64,000 nt of DNA from a virus, in the IMG/VR virus record IMGVR_UViG_3300049049_000237, positions 80,003 to 144,002 of that record; one strand, given 5' to 3'. How positions within the stretch are numbered: position 1 is the first letter of the stretch; each line of letters opens with the position of its first letter. Of this stretch, positions 18,628 through 28,103 are shown piece by piece. The position numbers and the translations under genes were made by a program. A model generated the notes under the pieces. That model had not been told where the DNA came from. It saw only the letters and a program-made list of their open reading frames with translations, and did no database searches.

Positions 18628-20460
18628 TCAGAGCGCGGTTCGTACCGCAGACTTGACGGCGGAGATGAAGTTGCCCCCTCGCGAAAGCGAGGCGCAGACC
18701 CCGACCCCGAGAGCAGACAGCTTCGAGAAGTCGCGATCCGTGAGCACGTAGTTCACTGCGGCACCAACTTCGTCTTCGACGTCAGCCACCTTTTCGAGGT
18801 GAGCCGAAATCCAATGTACCACGCTGGGCGAAGACAGGAGAAGAGTGCCCGAGGACGCACTCTTCACCAAGTCGGAGGTACACGGGGGCTCGACCTCGAA
18901 GTAACGGGGGAACAACGTGTCGGCCTCAGCGAGGAGCGAGGCGCGGTACCCGTTGTAGAGCGCAGCGACCTTCGACACGAAGAGGCCTTCCATTGCCTGC
19001 TTCGGAGCGACGCGCTGAGCCGTCTTCATCATGGTGTCCATCTGTCCCAGTCGGACAGACAGATGAGGGGCAAAAGCAGAGCGTTCTGCCACGTAGGGCA
19101 TGAGCTCGGCCGCGAGCTTCGCGTTGAAGTCCGCGCCCGAGACCATGTACTCGGAGGAGAGGCCCACCGGCATCGACGTCTTGAAGGTGACGCCTGCCTC
19201 GTGGGCCATCTTCGCGATCGGGGCGTGTGCAGGACGCTCCATCCCCACGAGCATGTGGAACTCGCCAGGACGAAGAGCGACTCCCAGGCCCGCGAGGGTC
19301 GAGAGCAGCGTCTTGAGTCCGAACATCTTCGAGAAGGGGGCCATGACGCCGAACGGAAGGTCCACCTCGCTGTTCGCGCAGAGGTCCACCTTCCGCATCA
19401 GCCCGCCACGGATCTCCTTCTCCATCTCGGACTTCTTCTCGCTGGCCGCCCGGAGGTCATCCCGAGTGAGAAGACGGCCAGGACCGGCCTTCCGGGGCTC
19501 CTCGCTCGCGACCTTGGTCATGTCCGAGGCCCCCTTCATGAAGTCGTCGAGGCTCGGAGGAGCCTTGCCCTTCGGCTGCTTCCCCGAGCTCAGGAACCAC
19601 ATCACGCGAGCGGTCTTGTCGGCCCCGACCCAGACGACGCTGATGTCGAAGAAGCGCGGGAAGTCGTTGAAGACGAAGACCTTGCGGCCGTCGTGGAGCA
19701 CCTTGCTGCGCGAGTGCAGCATGTGCTCGCAGTAGTCGGCCTTGGTGATCGCCAGCCCACGGATGGGCTTCACGGTCTTGTGGTAGACGAGGATCGCCGT
19801 GCCGGGATGCGGGTGCCGCTTGCGGTCGTACCCCTTCCACGCCTTCTTGACGGCCTCCCAGTCGGTGCAGATCGAGCAGAAGTCGAAGGGCACCTTGCAG
19901 CCCATCGACACGTCGACCCTGTCACCGCGGTGGACCCTATCAAGGATCGCGGAATGCCCCCTCTTTGCGGCGAGCTCAACGTCGATGCGCATCACGAGCT
20001 CGATCCGCTTCATCGGATCGTTCTCGGTGGCGAAGATCACGTCGCCGAACCCGAGCGTCGCCGGGTCTGTGTTCTTGTGGTGCGCGTAGACCGTCGCGCC
20101 GTAGAAGCTCGGGAAGCCGAAAGGCCAGCTCTTCGCGAGGCGTGCCTGGACTGTCGGGTCCGTACGCCAGCCCTCGAACTCGCCGTGCTGCTCGCAGTTC
20201 TCCGGTGCGTGCAGCAGGCCGTTGAAGTCGAGGTGCTCGTTGTGGCCGTACCAGTCGGTGTTCGAGTTCGGGCCGAAGTACTCCGAGTACCCCATCGCGT
20301 TCACGAGCGTGAACATGTACTTGGGGTCTGGGCGAAGGCGCGAGATGAACTCGTCGACGACGGGCAATGCGCCCGCCACCTTCGTCATGGAGCCCGGCTG
20401 AACGAGACGTACGGTGAGCTCGTCGTCTCGTTCCCCGGCGTAGAAGGCCCGCTTGAGCAT
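18628..20460 (-). CDS. Prohead (capsid maturation) protease with C-terminal extension
   Basis: AHHKN (His), VSMGC (Ser), CSIC...CEH zinc motif, FFDISVV...ADKTA; upstream of scaffold and capsid genes. Confidence 0.7.
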   Translation of the reverse strand: MLKRAFYAGERDDELTVRLVQPGSMTKVAGALPVVDEFISRLRPDPKYMFTLVNAMGYSEYFGPNSNTDWYGHNEHLDFNGLLHAPENCEQHGEFEGWRTDPTVQARLAKSWPFGFPSFYGATVYAHHKNTDPATLGFGDVIFATENDPMKRIELVMRIDVELAAKRGHSAILDRVHRGDRVDVSMGCKVPFDFCSICTDWEAVKKAWKGYDRKRHPHPGTAILVYHKTVKPIRGLAITKADYCEHMLHSRSKVLHDGRKVFVFNDFPRFFDISVVWVGADKTARVMWFLSSGKQPKGKAPPSLDDFMKGASDMTKVASEEPRKAGPGRLLTRDDLRAASEKKSEMEKEIRGGLMRKVDLCANSEVDLPFGVMAPFSKMFGLKTLLSTLAGLGVALRPGEFHMLVGMERPAHAPIAKMAHEAGVTFKTSMPVGLSSEYMVSGADFNAKLAAELMPYVAERSAFAPHLSVRLGQMDTMMKTAQRVAPKQAMEGLFVSKVAALYNGYRASLLAEADTLFPRYFEVEPPCTSDLVKSASSGTLLLSSPSVVHWISAHLEKVADVEDEVGAAVNYVLTDRDFSKLSALGVGVCASLSRGGNFISAVKSAVRTAL

Positions 20461-20463
20461 GAC

Positions 20464-21129
20464 TCAGGGCTGGGGCTGGCCGCCGCCGCGCTGCTTGTGC
20501 TGGCGGACCCAGCTCAGCACCTGCGATCGACGAGCGCCGCGCGACTGGTGGAGCTTGCCCTGGGTGTCCTTGAGCTGACCCTGCGATTCCTGAAGCTGCC
20601 CCTGGAGCCCCTTCACGACGTCCTTCGACGCCGCGCCCTGGACGTCGAGAAGGTACTTCGTGATCTGGTCGCCGGCCGAGGGACCGCCGTACCCGCCGCG
20701 GTTCGACTGAACGAGCTTCTGTGCCGCGTCGAACATGCCGGAGTGCGGCCGATTCGGCGTGTGCATCGAGAGCTGGTTCGCGACGAAGCTGCCCGCCACG
20801 ACGGGGTCCTGCGCGAAGTCCGGATTCATCCGGTAGAGCGTGTTGAAGTAGCGCTGGACCGTGACCGCATCGCCTCCCTGGAGGTGCGGGTTCACGTCGA
20901 GCATGTCCTTGAACGCCCGACCCTTGCTCGCCGCGTCACGGACCTTCTGCACCGCAGCGATGCCGAGGTCGATCGCCTTCCCCACGACGAGCGGCGCCGC
21001 CATGAGCGCCGCCTGCTGTGGGAGCGAGAGACCCGGCGAGCTGGGCGACTGGATGGGGCCCATCAGGTTCGCGGTCTTCGACGCGATCTTCGTGTACGCC
21101 GAGGCCGCCGGGTGCTTCGAGACCTGCAT
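20464..21129 (-). CDS. Putative virion protein
   Basis: N-terminal TKIASKTA, hydrophobic helix, C-terminal coiled coil. Confidence 0.7.
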   Translation of the reverse strand: MQVSKHPAASAYTKIASKTANLMGPIQSPSSPGLSLPQQAALMAAPLVVGKAIDLGIAAVQKVRDAASKGRAFKDMLDVNPHLQGGDAVTVQRYFNTLYRMNPDFAQDPVVAGSFVANQLSMHTPNRPHSGMFDAAQKLVQSNRGGYGGPSAGDQITKYLLDVQGAASKDVVKGLQGQLQESQGQLKDTQGKLHQSRGARRSQVLSWVRQHKQRGGGQPQP

Positions 21130-21455
21130 CAGTACCCTCCGTAATCGCCGGGTCGGGTGCCGAAGTCAGACGGGACGAGTGCGTTTCCGAGAACGCCGCC
21201 TGCCGCACCGACCTGCTGACCCAGCCAGGCCTTCGCCTTACGGGTCGGAGCGTACTGGTTCGCCGCGTAGTTGGCGAGAAGGACCGGAGCCACGTAGCCG
21301 GCTGCCCGGCCCGCGGTCTCCGATCCCAGCTCTCTCCCGATCGATCCGCCGAGGCTCGCGGACGCGTCGAAGACGCTGCCGACCCCCTTCCCGACGGTCT
21401 TAGCCGCCTGGGCGAGGCCAGCGACCTTCAGCGCTGTGATCGGGCTCTTCTTCAT
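21129..21455 (-). CDS. Small Gly/Ala-rich virion protein
   Basis: ATGA overlap, GGAGG RBS; begins MKKSPITALKVAG. Confidence 0.65.
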   Translation of the reverse strand: MKKSPITALKVAGLAQAAKTVGKGVGSVFDASASLGGSIGRELGSETAGRAAGYVAPVLLANYAANQYAPTRKAKAWLGQQVGAAGGVLGNALVPSDFGTRPGDYGGY

Positions 21456-22261
21456 CGGGGCCTCCGCAGGTACTCGTCGATGTTCACGAGCTCCGCCTCG
21501 ACGCTGCGCACCGCTTCCTGAGTGGTCTCGTACTCCGAAGCGTACTTCGCGTACTTGCGGAAGCACGTCATGAGCGGGTGCCCCGACGCGATCTTCCGGC
21601 TCGCCGTCTTCACGTGAGCGGGAGCCCGGGGCAGGTCCAACTGCCCGAGGATCTCGGCCGCGTACTTCCGGCTGACCGGGGACCACGCCTGAGCGAAGTC
21701 CTCGAAGTAGGCGCCCTCGTGGAGCGCCTGCTTCACCAGACCCGCGAGCTCGCGCACGGCGTCCTGCACCCGGTGCTTCAGCGCGCCGGTGTCCGCCGTG
21801 AGCTCCTCGTGGGCGTACTTGAGCTGCGACTGGAGGGCGTACACGTCCACCAGCGCCGCCGTCTTCGACATCGGCGCGGCAGTGTGGAGCCCCAGCCCCG
21901 TGAAGGACGCGGTCTTCTGGACCGGGCCCATCGAGTAGTCGGAGGTCGCGTTCGCCACCTTCGTCGGTGCAGCCGCGAGGTTCAGTCGCTCGATCACCGC
22001 CGCAGGATCGGCGGGACCGCCCTCCAGGTCGACGATGCGCATGGACGCATCCATCGACGCGTACTTCTGGTGGAACGCCGAGTGGTTGGCGTGCTCGACT
22101 ACGCGGCGGACCTGCTCGGCATTCAGTTTCTGCATGCCGATCGTGCGAACGACCGCGTCGGTCAGAGACATCCCCGACGTCGCCGACGTCTGAGCAGCGG
22201 TCTTACCGAGCTGCATCAGCATCTCGGGCTGGACCGGCTGCCACGTGGTGAGGTTCTCCAT
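21452..22261 (-). CDS. KxA-rich head protein, first gene of the head operon
   Basis: GGGAG RBS, ATG 22261; about twelve KxA sites. Confidence 0.75.
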   Translation of the reverse strand: MENLTTWQPVQPEMLMQLGKTAAQTSATSGMSLTDAVVRTIGMQKLNAEQVRRVVEHANHSAFHQKYASMDASMRIVDLEGGPADPAAVIERLNLAAAPTKVANATSDYSMGPVQKTASFTGLGLHTAAPMSKTAALVDVYALQSQLKYAHEELTADTGALKHRVQDAVRELAGLVKQALHEGAYFEDFAQAWSPVSRKYAAEILGQLDLPRAPAHVKTASRKIASGHPLMTCFRKYAKYASEYETTQEAVRSVEAELVNIDEYLRRPR

Positions 22262-22289
22262 CTTGATGTGCTCCCTGTGAGGGGCCGAC

Positions 22290-22319
22290 GCTGTAGTGAG
22301 ACAAGGATAGCTCACGCAA
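22290..22319 (-). promoter_or_regulatory. Sigma70-like promoter TTGCGT-N18-TACAGC
   Basis: Same 18-nt spacing as the promoters at 38753 and 48948; at the start of the head operon. Confidence 0.4.
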
Positions 22320-22344
22320 GAGCATACGTGGAAGGAAACACGAA

Positions 22345-22812
22345 GTGAATCAGCGCAGATTGATGGACCTGGAGATCGACATCGCGACGCTCAAGCAGCG
22401 TGTCGATGCTCTGGAAGCCCAGAGATTCGGCATCTCTGACTCGATCCCGGGGCCCCAGCCGCTCTTCAGGCTGTACGCGATGCTCTGTCTCGATGGGCTC
22501 GAAGAAGACGAGGAAGCCGCGACCTTGATGCGTGCGTGCGCGATGTTGATGACCCCTCGTATCGTCTTCGACCTCTGCACGATGACGCAGGACATGTTCG
22601 CCTGGCGCCCCTTCCTTCTCGCACTCGACAAGCTCTCGCTGAACTACGACGTGAGCGATGCCCTCACGCGCGTAGAGTACTGCGCCCGAGCGGTCATGAA
22701 TGTACAGGGACTCCAGTACGTGGACGTCGATGACGTCATCGCGTCGCCGGTCGGCCCGACGGCCAACATGAAGTCGTTGGCCCTATCAGTAGCACGGAGG
22801 AACCAAGGATGA
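22345..22812 (+). CDS. Hypothetical protein
   Basis: GTG start with GGAAGGA RBS; ATGA coupling downstream. Confidence 0.7.
   Translation: MNQRRLMDLEIDIATLKQRVDALEAQRFGISDSIPGPQPLFRLYAMLCLDGLEEDEEAATLMRACAMLMTPRIVFDLCTMTQDMFAWRPFLLALDKLSLNYDVSDALTRVEYCARAVMNVQGLQYVDVDDVIASPVGPTANMKSLALSVARRNQG
22782..22796 (+). promoter_or_regulatory. Putative phage promoter CCTATCAGTAGCACG
   Basis: Exact core, immediately before the GGAGG RBS of 22809. Confidence 0.6.
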
Positions 22813-23090
22813 CCGACCAATCGAACACGAGCCCGGCCGACTGGATGCAGATGGAAGCCGACCGCAAGAAGCTCCGAGAGATGTTGGAGGAGACGTACAA
22901 GAAGTACGGTCTCGACCCCGTGCTCTCGGAGGTCATTCAGTTCCTGCGGGACGCGGAGCCCCAGCCTCTTCCGGGCCAGCTCGAAAGCATGGCCGAGGCG
23001 CCCATCGTCCACGCGACCGTGGAGCTCGGGAAGGCGCTTCAGATGGAGCGCCACCGACGGATCACCGACACGCGCACGTACCCGTTCTGA
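22809..23090 (+). CDS. Hypothetical protein
   Basis: ORF with RBS. Confidence 0.7.
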   Translation: MTDQSNTSPADWMQMEADRKKLREMLEETYKKYGLDPVLSEVIQFLRDAEPQPLPGQLESMAEAPIVHATVELGKALQMERHRRITDTRTYPF

Positions 23091-23104
23091 AAGCTGACAA
23101 GAAC

Positions 23105-23437
23105 ATGAAGAAGCCTGCCGCGAAGACCGTCCCGGTGTCGACGCAGAGACCGCCGGAGTTCTCGATGGCCCTGTGGGAGAGCCTCTGGCGTGTCGTCGAC
23201 GCCTCCCGCCTGGCCATCTGCCCTCTCGGTGAGATGACGAAAGAAGAGGCACTGGAGTTCCTGGCTGACCAGGAGAAGATGCTTCGTCGCTGCCTCGGAG
23301 GCGACGAAGGTGAAGACGAGATGCGTGCTGGTGTCACCCCGCACCCGTTCGTCATCAAGGCACACGAACAAGAACGTGACCGCCTCCGAGCCAAGCGCCG
23401 CGCGATGGAAGAACAGAACGAGGAAGAACCGACGTGA
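23105..23437 (+). CDS. Hypothetical protein
   Basis: ORF coupled (GTGA) to gyrB. Confidence 0.7.
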   Translation: MKKPAAKTVPVSTQRPPEFSMALWESLWRVVDASRLAICPLGEMTKEEALEFLADQEKMLRRCLGGDEGEDEMRAGVTPHPFVIKAHEQERDRLRAKRRAMEEQNEEEPT

Positions 23438-25374
23438 CGAAGACCTACGACGCTTCCGCGATCCGCCAGCTCAAAGGGCTCGAAGCCGTCCGCGAACGAC
23501 CGGGCATGTACCTCGGCGATCCGAGCAGTGGTGATGCGCTCCACCACTGCGTCTGGGAGGCCGTCGACAACGCCGTCGACGAGCATCTCGGCGGGCACGC
23601 CACGTCTATCTGGGTCCACCTCAACCCGGACGGGGTCGTGTCCGTGCAGGACAACGGCCGCGGCATCCCCGTCGATATGCATCCCACCGAGGGTGTCTCG
23701 GCGCTCCAGCTCGTGATGACGTCGCTGCACGCGGGCGGCAAGTTCGACAAGGACAGCTACGAGCAATCCGCGGGTCTCCACGGCGTCGGCATCTCGGCCG
23801 TCAACGCGGTCAGCGAGTGGATGGAGGTCGAGGTCTACCGAGACGGCAAGGTCTGGGTGCAGAAGTACGAGCGCGGCGTGCCCGTCACGGACGTCCACGA
23901 GTTCGGGAAGGCGGAGGGTGCGAAGGGCACGAAGGTCACCTGGAAGCGGGACCTCACCATCTTCTCCGGTGTCGTCGAGTACGACGAGCACATCCTCACG
24001 CGACGGCTCCAGGAGCTCGCGTTCCTGAACCCCGGTCTGACGATCACGTTCTGCGACTTCCGGGGCAAGAAGGAGAAGGTCGTCATCTTCAAGTACGAAG
24101 GTGGCATCAAGCAGTACGTCGAGGACCTCGTCGAGAAGAAGAAGCCACTCGTGCCGGTCATCTACGTGAACGCGTTCACGAAGCGCTCGGGCGCCGAGAT
24201 CGCGATGACCTGGACCGACGCGGCCAGCGAAGACGTCCGCTGCTTCGCGAACAACACGTTCAACCAGGACGGTGGGACCCACATGACGGGGTTCCGCACC
24301 GGCATCACGAAGGCCATCACGGACTACTGCAAGGAGCACGACCTCCTCAAGAACCTGGAGAGCGGCCTCGAAGGCTCGGACATCCGGACGGGCCTCGTGG
24401 CGGTGGTGAACATCCGCATCCCCGACATCAGCTTCAGCTCGCAGACGAAGGACAAGCTCGTCACGCCGGGCGCCAAGAAGCTGGTCGAGGACATCCTCGC
24501 CGACCAGTTCGACCACTGGATGAAGGCGAACCCCGGGCTCGCCAAGCGCATCGCGGATCGCGCGGTGCTGAACGCGAAGGCACGGGAGGCGGCGAAGCGC
24601 GCACGCGAGGGCGTGATGCGCAAGAGCGAGATGGACATGCTCTCGCTGCCCGGCAAGCTCGCCGACTGCCAGAGCAAGGACCCGTCCGAGTGCGAGATCT
24701 ACATCGTCGAGGGCGACTCGGCGGGTGGGTCAGCGAAGAGCGGACGTGACCGCCGGTACCAGGCCATCCTCCCGCTGAGGGGCAAGGTGCTGAACGTCGA
24801 GCGCGCCAGCCTCGACAAGGTCCAGGACAACGCCGAGATCGGCACGCTGGTCACGGCCCTCGGCTGCGGGATGGAGGCGACGAGGAACTTCAACCTGAAG
24901 AGCCTCCGCTACCACAAGGTCATCATCATGACCGACGCGGATGTCGACGGGTCGCACATCCGGACGCTCCTGCTGACCCTCTTCTACCGGTACATGCCGC
25001 GGCTCATCTGGGAGGGCTTCCTCTACATCGCCGTGCCGCCGCTCTACAAGGTGAAGAAGGGGAGCTTCGAGAGGTTCTTCGTGAACGACGAGGGTCTCGA
25101 TGCGTACTTCAGCGCGGAGGGCATCGCGCGCAACGAGCTCCAGGAACGCGGGTACCGCATCACCCGCTACAAGGGGCTCGGCGAGATGAACCCGGAGACG
25201 CTCTGGGAGACGACGATGGATCCCGATCGGCGCACGCTGATGCAGGTCACCGTCGCCGACGCCATCAAGGCCGAGCGGTACTTCGAGCTCTTCATGGGTG
25301 AGGAGGTCGAGGCTCGGCGCGAGTACCTGGAGGCCAACGCCCTCACCATCGACATGCAGGACCTCGACTTCTAG
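23434..25374 (+). CDS. gyrB: DNA gyrase/type IIA topoisomerase subunit B
   Basis: GLEAVRERPGMY, EAVDNAVDE, DNGRGIP, LHAGGKF, VEGDSAGG, PLRGK, MTDADVDG, RYKGLGEM. Confidence 0.95.
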   Translation: MTKTYDASAIRQLKGLEAVRERPGMYLGDPSSGDALHHCVWEAVDNAVDEHLGGHATSIWVHLNPDGVVSVQDNGRGIPVDMHPTEGVSALQLVMTSLHAGGKFDKDSYEQSAGLHGVGISAVNAVSEWMEVEVYRDGKVWVQKYERGVPVTDVHEFGKAEGAKGTKVTWKRDLTIFSGVVEYDEHILTRRLQELAFLNPGLTITFCDFRGKKEKVVIFKYEGGIKQYVEDLVEKKKPLVPVIYVNAFTKRSGAEIAMTWTDAASEDVRCFANNTFNQDGGTHMTGFRTGITKAITDYCKEHDLLKNLESGLEGSDIRTGLVAVVNIRIPDISFSSQTKDKLVTPGAKKLVEDILADQFDHWMKANPGLAKRIADRAVLNAKAREAAKRAREGVMRKSEMDMLSLPGKLADCQSKDPSECEIYIVEGDSAGGSAKSGRDRRYQAILPLRGKVLNVERASLDKVQDNAEIGTLVTALGCGMEATRNFNLKSLRYHKVIIMTDADVDGSHIRTLLLTLFYRYMPRLIWEGFLYIAVPPLYKVKKGSFERFFVNDEGLDAYFSAEGIARNELQERGYRITRYKGLGEMNPETLWETTMDPDRRTLMQVTVADAIKAERYFELFMGEEVEARREYLEANALTIDMQDLDF

Positions 25375-25397
25375 TTGAGAAAACGGGCCCGAAAGCT

Positions 25398-25412
25398 CCT
25401 ATCAGCAATATG
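25398..25412 (+). promoter_or_regulatory. Putative phage promoter CCTATCAGCAATATG
   Basis: Exact core in the intergenic gap after gyrB. Confidence 0.65.
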
Positions 25413-25486
25413 AACGGAACCGGATGCCACCGTTCGATATCTGGGCCCAGGCATCGAACAAGAACACGTAGGGAGACTGGTACACC

Positions 25487-25939
25487 ATGCGCACCGAGAA
25501 TCAGCCGATGTCGAACGAGCAGACCGAGAACGAGCAGAACGCGCGCCGCAACGACGGCGACCGACGCAGCGACAGCGAGCGTCGCTGGGACGAGCGGCTC
25601 GCCAACGCGCGCGCCGAGGCCGAGGCGAAGGCGGAAGCCCGCCACAACCAGGTCCTCGAACAGATCGACGAGCTCGCCGTGGGCGTCGCGCGCGGCGTCC
25701 TCGACCTGACGGAGCTGAAGAAGCACATCATCGGCGAGGAGCCGAAGACGTTCTTCCAGAAGGCCCACCGCAACGTCAAGGAGGTCGCGGAGGTCGTGGC
25801 CCCGTACTTCTTCGTCGGCGCGACCGCCTTCGCGCTCGGCAAGGGCGCGAGCGCGGCGTACACCGGCACGCGGGACTGGTGGCGCCGCCGCCAGATCGAG
25901 AAGTCCCCGGTCCGGGTGATGCCGGTCGACGAGAGCTGA
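25487..25939 (+). CDS. Hypothetical protein with coiled coil and C-terminal hydrophobic helix
   Basis: GGGAG RBS; VAPYFFVGATAFALG segment. Confidence 0.75.
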   Translation: MRTENQPMSNEQTENEQNARRNDGDRRSDSERRWDERLANARAEAEAKAEARHNQVLEQIDELAVGVARGVLDLTELKKHIIGEEPKTFFQKAHRNVKEVAEVVAPYFFVGATAFALGKGASAAYTGTRDWWRRRQIEKSPVRVMPVDES

Positions 25940-25954
25940 GCTTACGGGCTCAGC

Positions 25955-25994
25955 AGGGGAGGAGGTCCGAGCAAAGGCTCGGACCTCTTCCTTT
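25955..25994. terminator. Hairpin terminator between convergent blocks
   Basis: GAGGTCCGAGC-AAAG-GCTCGGACCTC followed by TTCCTTT; second hairpin at 25935-25954. Confidence 0.75.
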
Positions 25995-25999
25995 GCCCA

Positions 26000-27823
26000 T
26001 CACTCGAAGCCGGACGAGTCGACCCCGTACGACGACGGGATGTCGCTGAGGTACATGTCGTCGCTGACGAAGCCGGTGAGCTGAGCTTCCTCCGCCTCCT
26101 TGAAGGGGGCGATGATGTCGGGTCGCTTGTGCTCCAGCATCGACGCGAGCAGGCAGTACAGCATCGAGTGGAAGGTGTCGTCCGTCTTCCCCTTCGGCTT
26201 GTCGTACTTGATCATGCGGAGGTTGTCCGAATCCTCCGCATGGATGTTGAGGATGTCCTCGCCGTACGGCCGCTCGATGTCCTTCCAGTTCGGCAGCCGG
26301 ACCTTCCCACGGCGGATGGCATTGAAGAGGTCCGACATCAGCGGGGTGCGGAACGCGATCGTGCGGTGAAGCTGCGGGATGTACTTCAGCTTCATGTTCA
26401 GACGAGGCGCGTACTCGAACGGGAAGACTCGGTGGTTGCCGAACTTCGAGAGCAGCCGCTTGTTCTGGTAGAAGCCGAAACCGAAGTCGGTGCCCACGTA
26501 CTTCGGTCGGAACAGCAGGATGAGACGCTCGATCTCGTCCATCTGCACGATCGGGTCTGAGAGCGGGCCCGAGAAGCGCGTGTGGAAGATGTACTGGAAG
26601 CTCGCATCCGAGCGGCAGTAGGCGCCGATCGACAGGACCGTGAAGGCGCGCTCGCCGCTGCCCCAGTCGATCCCGAAGAAGCAGGTGTGGTCCTGCGCGA
26701 TCCGGCGGGCCTGCTCGATATCGTTCTTGTACTTCGGGTCACAGGCAGCGATGAGCTCCAGCTTCGTGATGGGCTTCGACGCCGAGTCGTACGAGATCGC
26801 GAGGACCTCGTTCATGAACTGAGCGGTGGGGTACCTCTCCCTGGCGGCGAGGATCTCCTTCCACTTCTTCGGGTCCTTCCAGAACCAGGGCACCATGAGA
26901 CGACACACCCGGTAGCCCTCGAAGGTGATCTTTTCCCCATCGAACTCCTGCATCTGCACCCAGCGGGCGTACGGATGCTCGGGGTTGATGTAGTTGCCGC
27001 AGCGATCGCAGATCGGGCCGGTCTTGCCGAGGTTCTTCGGGCCGAGGATGTTCCAGTGCCACGTGGCCGGGTGGTTCGGCATGCCGTGGTGCTCGCAGGG
27101 GATGCACCACTCGGACATGGTCGAGCTGTCCGCCCAGTAGTTCTGGATGGTGTTGTCCATGCTCTTCGGCGTACCGGAGTAGACGAAGAGCGTCTCCTTG
27201 TGGTGCGACGTGGTCTCCTCGATGACCGGCATGATCGAGGAGAGAAGGTCCTGGATCTCGTCCGCGAAGATGTCGTTCACCGACAGACCACGGATACGGT
27301 CGGCGGTGAGGAACGCGTAGCGGAGGTAGACCTTCGAGCGCGTGGCGTAGTGCTTCTCGAAGACGTTGTTCGTCAACGACTCGTGGCACTGCGCCTTGAT
27401 CATCGGGCTGATGTCCGAGATCTCCGCCATGCGCGACTTCGAGAAGACGGTCGTCTGCATCGCGGACGGCGACACGAACAGGATCGAATGGCCTTCGCGC
27501 ATCAGCGCGCGAGCGAAGATCCGGTTGCCGATGGTGGTCGACTTCTCCGTCTGACGAGACGTGAAGAGCAACACCTTGTTGGACGGCGTGTCGTAGATGC
27601 GCTCCAGGTACTTGCGCTCGTTGAACACGAGCGGGATCGCCTGGCCGGTGTCGCCGTCCTTGATGCGTACGAACTCACTGACCCACTGCGACGTGAGGAG
27701 CTTGAGCTGCTTCCCCATCGCTCGGCGGTCGAGGAAGTCCTTGTACTCCATGTCCTCGACGCGTACACCCGACTGGATGCCGGACGAGTCCTCGAAGCCG
27801 TCGAGACTGAATCTTGCTGCCAT
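26000..27823 (-). CDS. terL: Terminase large subunit (gpA-like); alternative start at 27751
   Basis: SRQTEKST (Walker A), ADEIQD (Walker B), SGTPK, FFGIDWG nuclease motif, DDTFHS. Confidence 0.85.
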   Translation of the reverse strand: MAARFSLDGFEDSSGIQSGVRVEDMEYKDFLDRRAMGKQLKLLTSQWVSEFVRIKDGDTGQAIPLVFNERKYLERIYDTPSNKVLLFTSRQTEKSTTIGNRIFARALMREGHSILFVSPSAMQTTVFSKSRMAEISDISPMIKAQCHESLTNNVFEKHYATRSKVYLRYAFLTADRIRGLSVNDIFADEIQDLLSSIMPVIEETTSHHKETLFVYSGTPKSMDNTIQNYWADSSTMSEWCIPCEHHGMPNHPATWHWNILGPKNLGKTGPICDRCGNYINPEHPYARWVQMQEFDGEKITFEGYRVCRLMVPWFWKDPKKWKEILAARERYPTAQFMNEVLAISYDSASKPITKLELIAACDPKYKNDIEQARRIAQDHTCFFGIDWGSGERAFTVLSIGAYCRSDASFQYIFHTRFSGPLSDPIVQMDEIERLILLFRPKYVGTDFGFGFYQNKRLLSKFGNHRVFPFEYAPRLNMKLKYIPQLHRTIAFRTPLMSDLFNAIRRGKVRLPNWKDIERPYGEDILNIHAEDSDNLRMIKYDKPKGKTDDTFHSMLYCLLASMLEHKRPDIIAPFKEAEEAQLTGFVSDDMYLSDIPSSYGVDSSGFE

Positions 27824-27833
27824 CTCGGGTACC

Positions 27834-28103
27834 GTGTCGAAGGTCCTCGGGGACCTGATCGCTCAGTCTGCCACGACCAAAGAAGGTGTGTGGTTCCAGC
27901 TACGGCACAGCCCCTCTGACCAACTCAAAGATGCGGTGCGCGGGTACGTGAAGGCGGTGAACTCGACCCACCGCACCCGCTTCTCCGCGCACTTCCCGAA
28001 GCCGTTCGTGTTCCGGATCAGTGAAGCGGAGCCTCGATCGCGTCGAGGAAGCGCTTCACGACCAGACGCGGATCGAGCGACAGCGCCCCGCCCCCGACGA
28101 TGA
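27834..28103 (+). CDS. Possible small gene opposite the packaging operon
   Basis: GTG 27834, GC3-rich codons, fills a ~195-nt gap; overlaps the convergent gene by 86 nt. Confidence 0.4.
   Translation: MSKVLGDLIAQSATTKEGVWFQLRHSPSDQLKDAVRGYVKAVNSTHRTRFSAHFPKPFVFRISEAEPRSRRGSASRPDADRATAPRPRR

Noticed and set aside
19936-19944. CCTATCAAG resembling the promoter motif
   Set aside because: Inside the protease gene, mismatched, with no plus-strand gene downstream
3700-21144. Long plus-strand ORFs (e.g. 3700..5784, 10487..13132, 18322..21144)
   Set aside because: Antisense shadows of real genes, expected in high-GC sequence; Arg/Leu/Val-rich with no motifs or RBS
25410-25470. HDV-like (theta) ribozyme
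   Set aside because: No room for the P3/L3 element between the two stems; kept only as a generic structured leader
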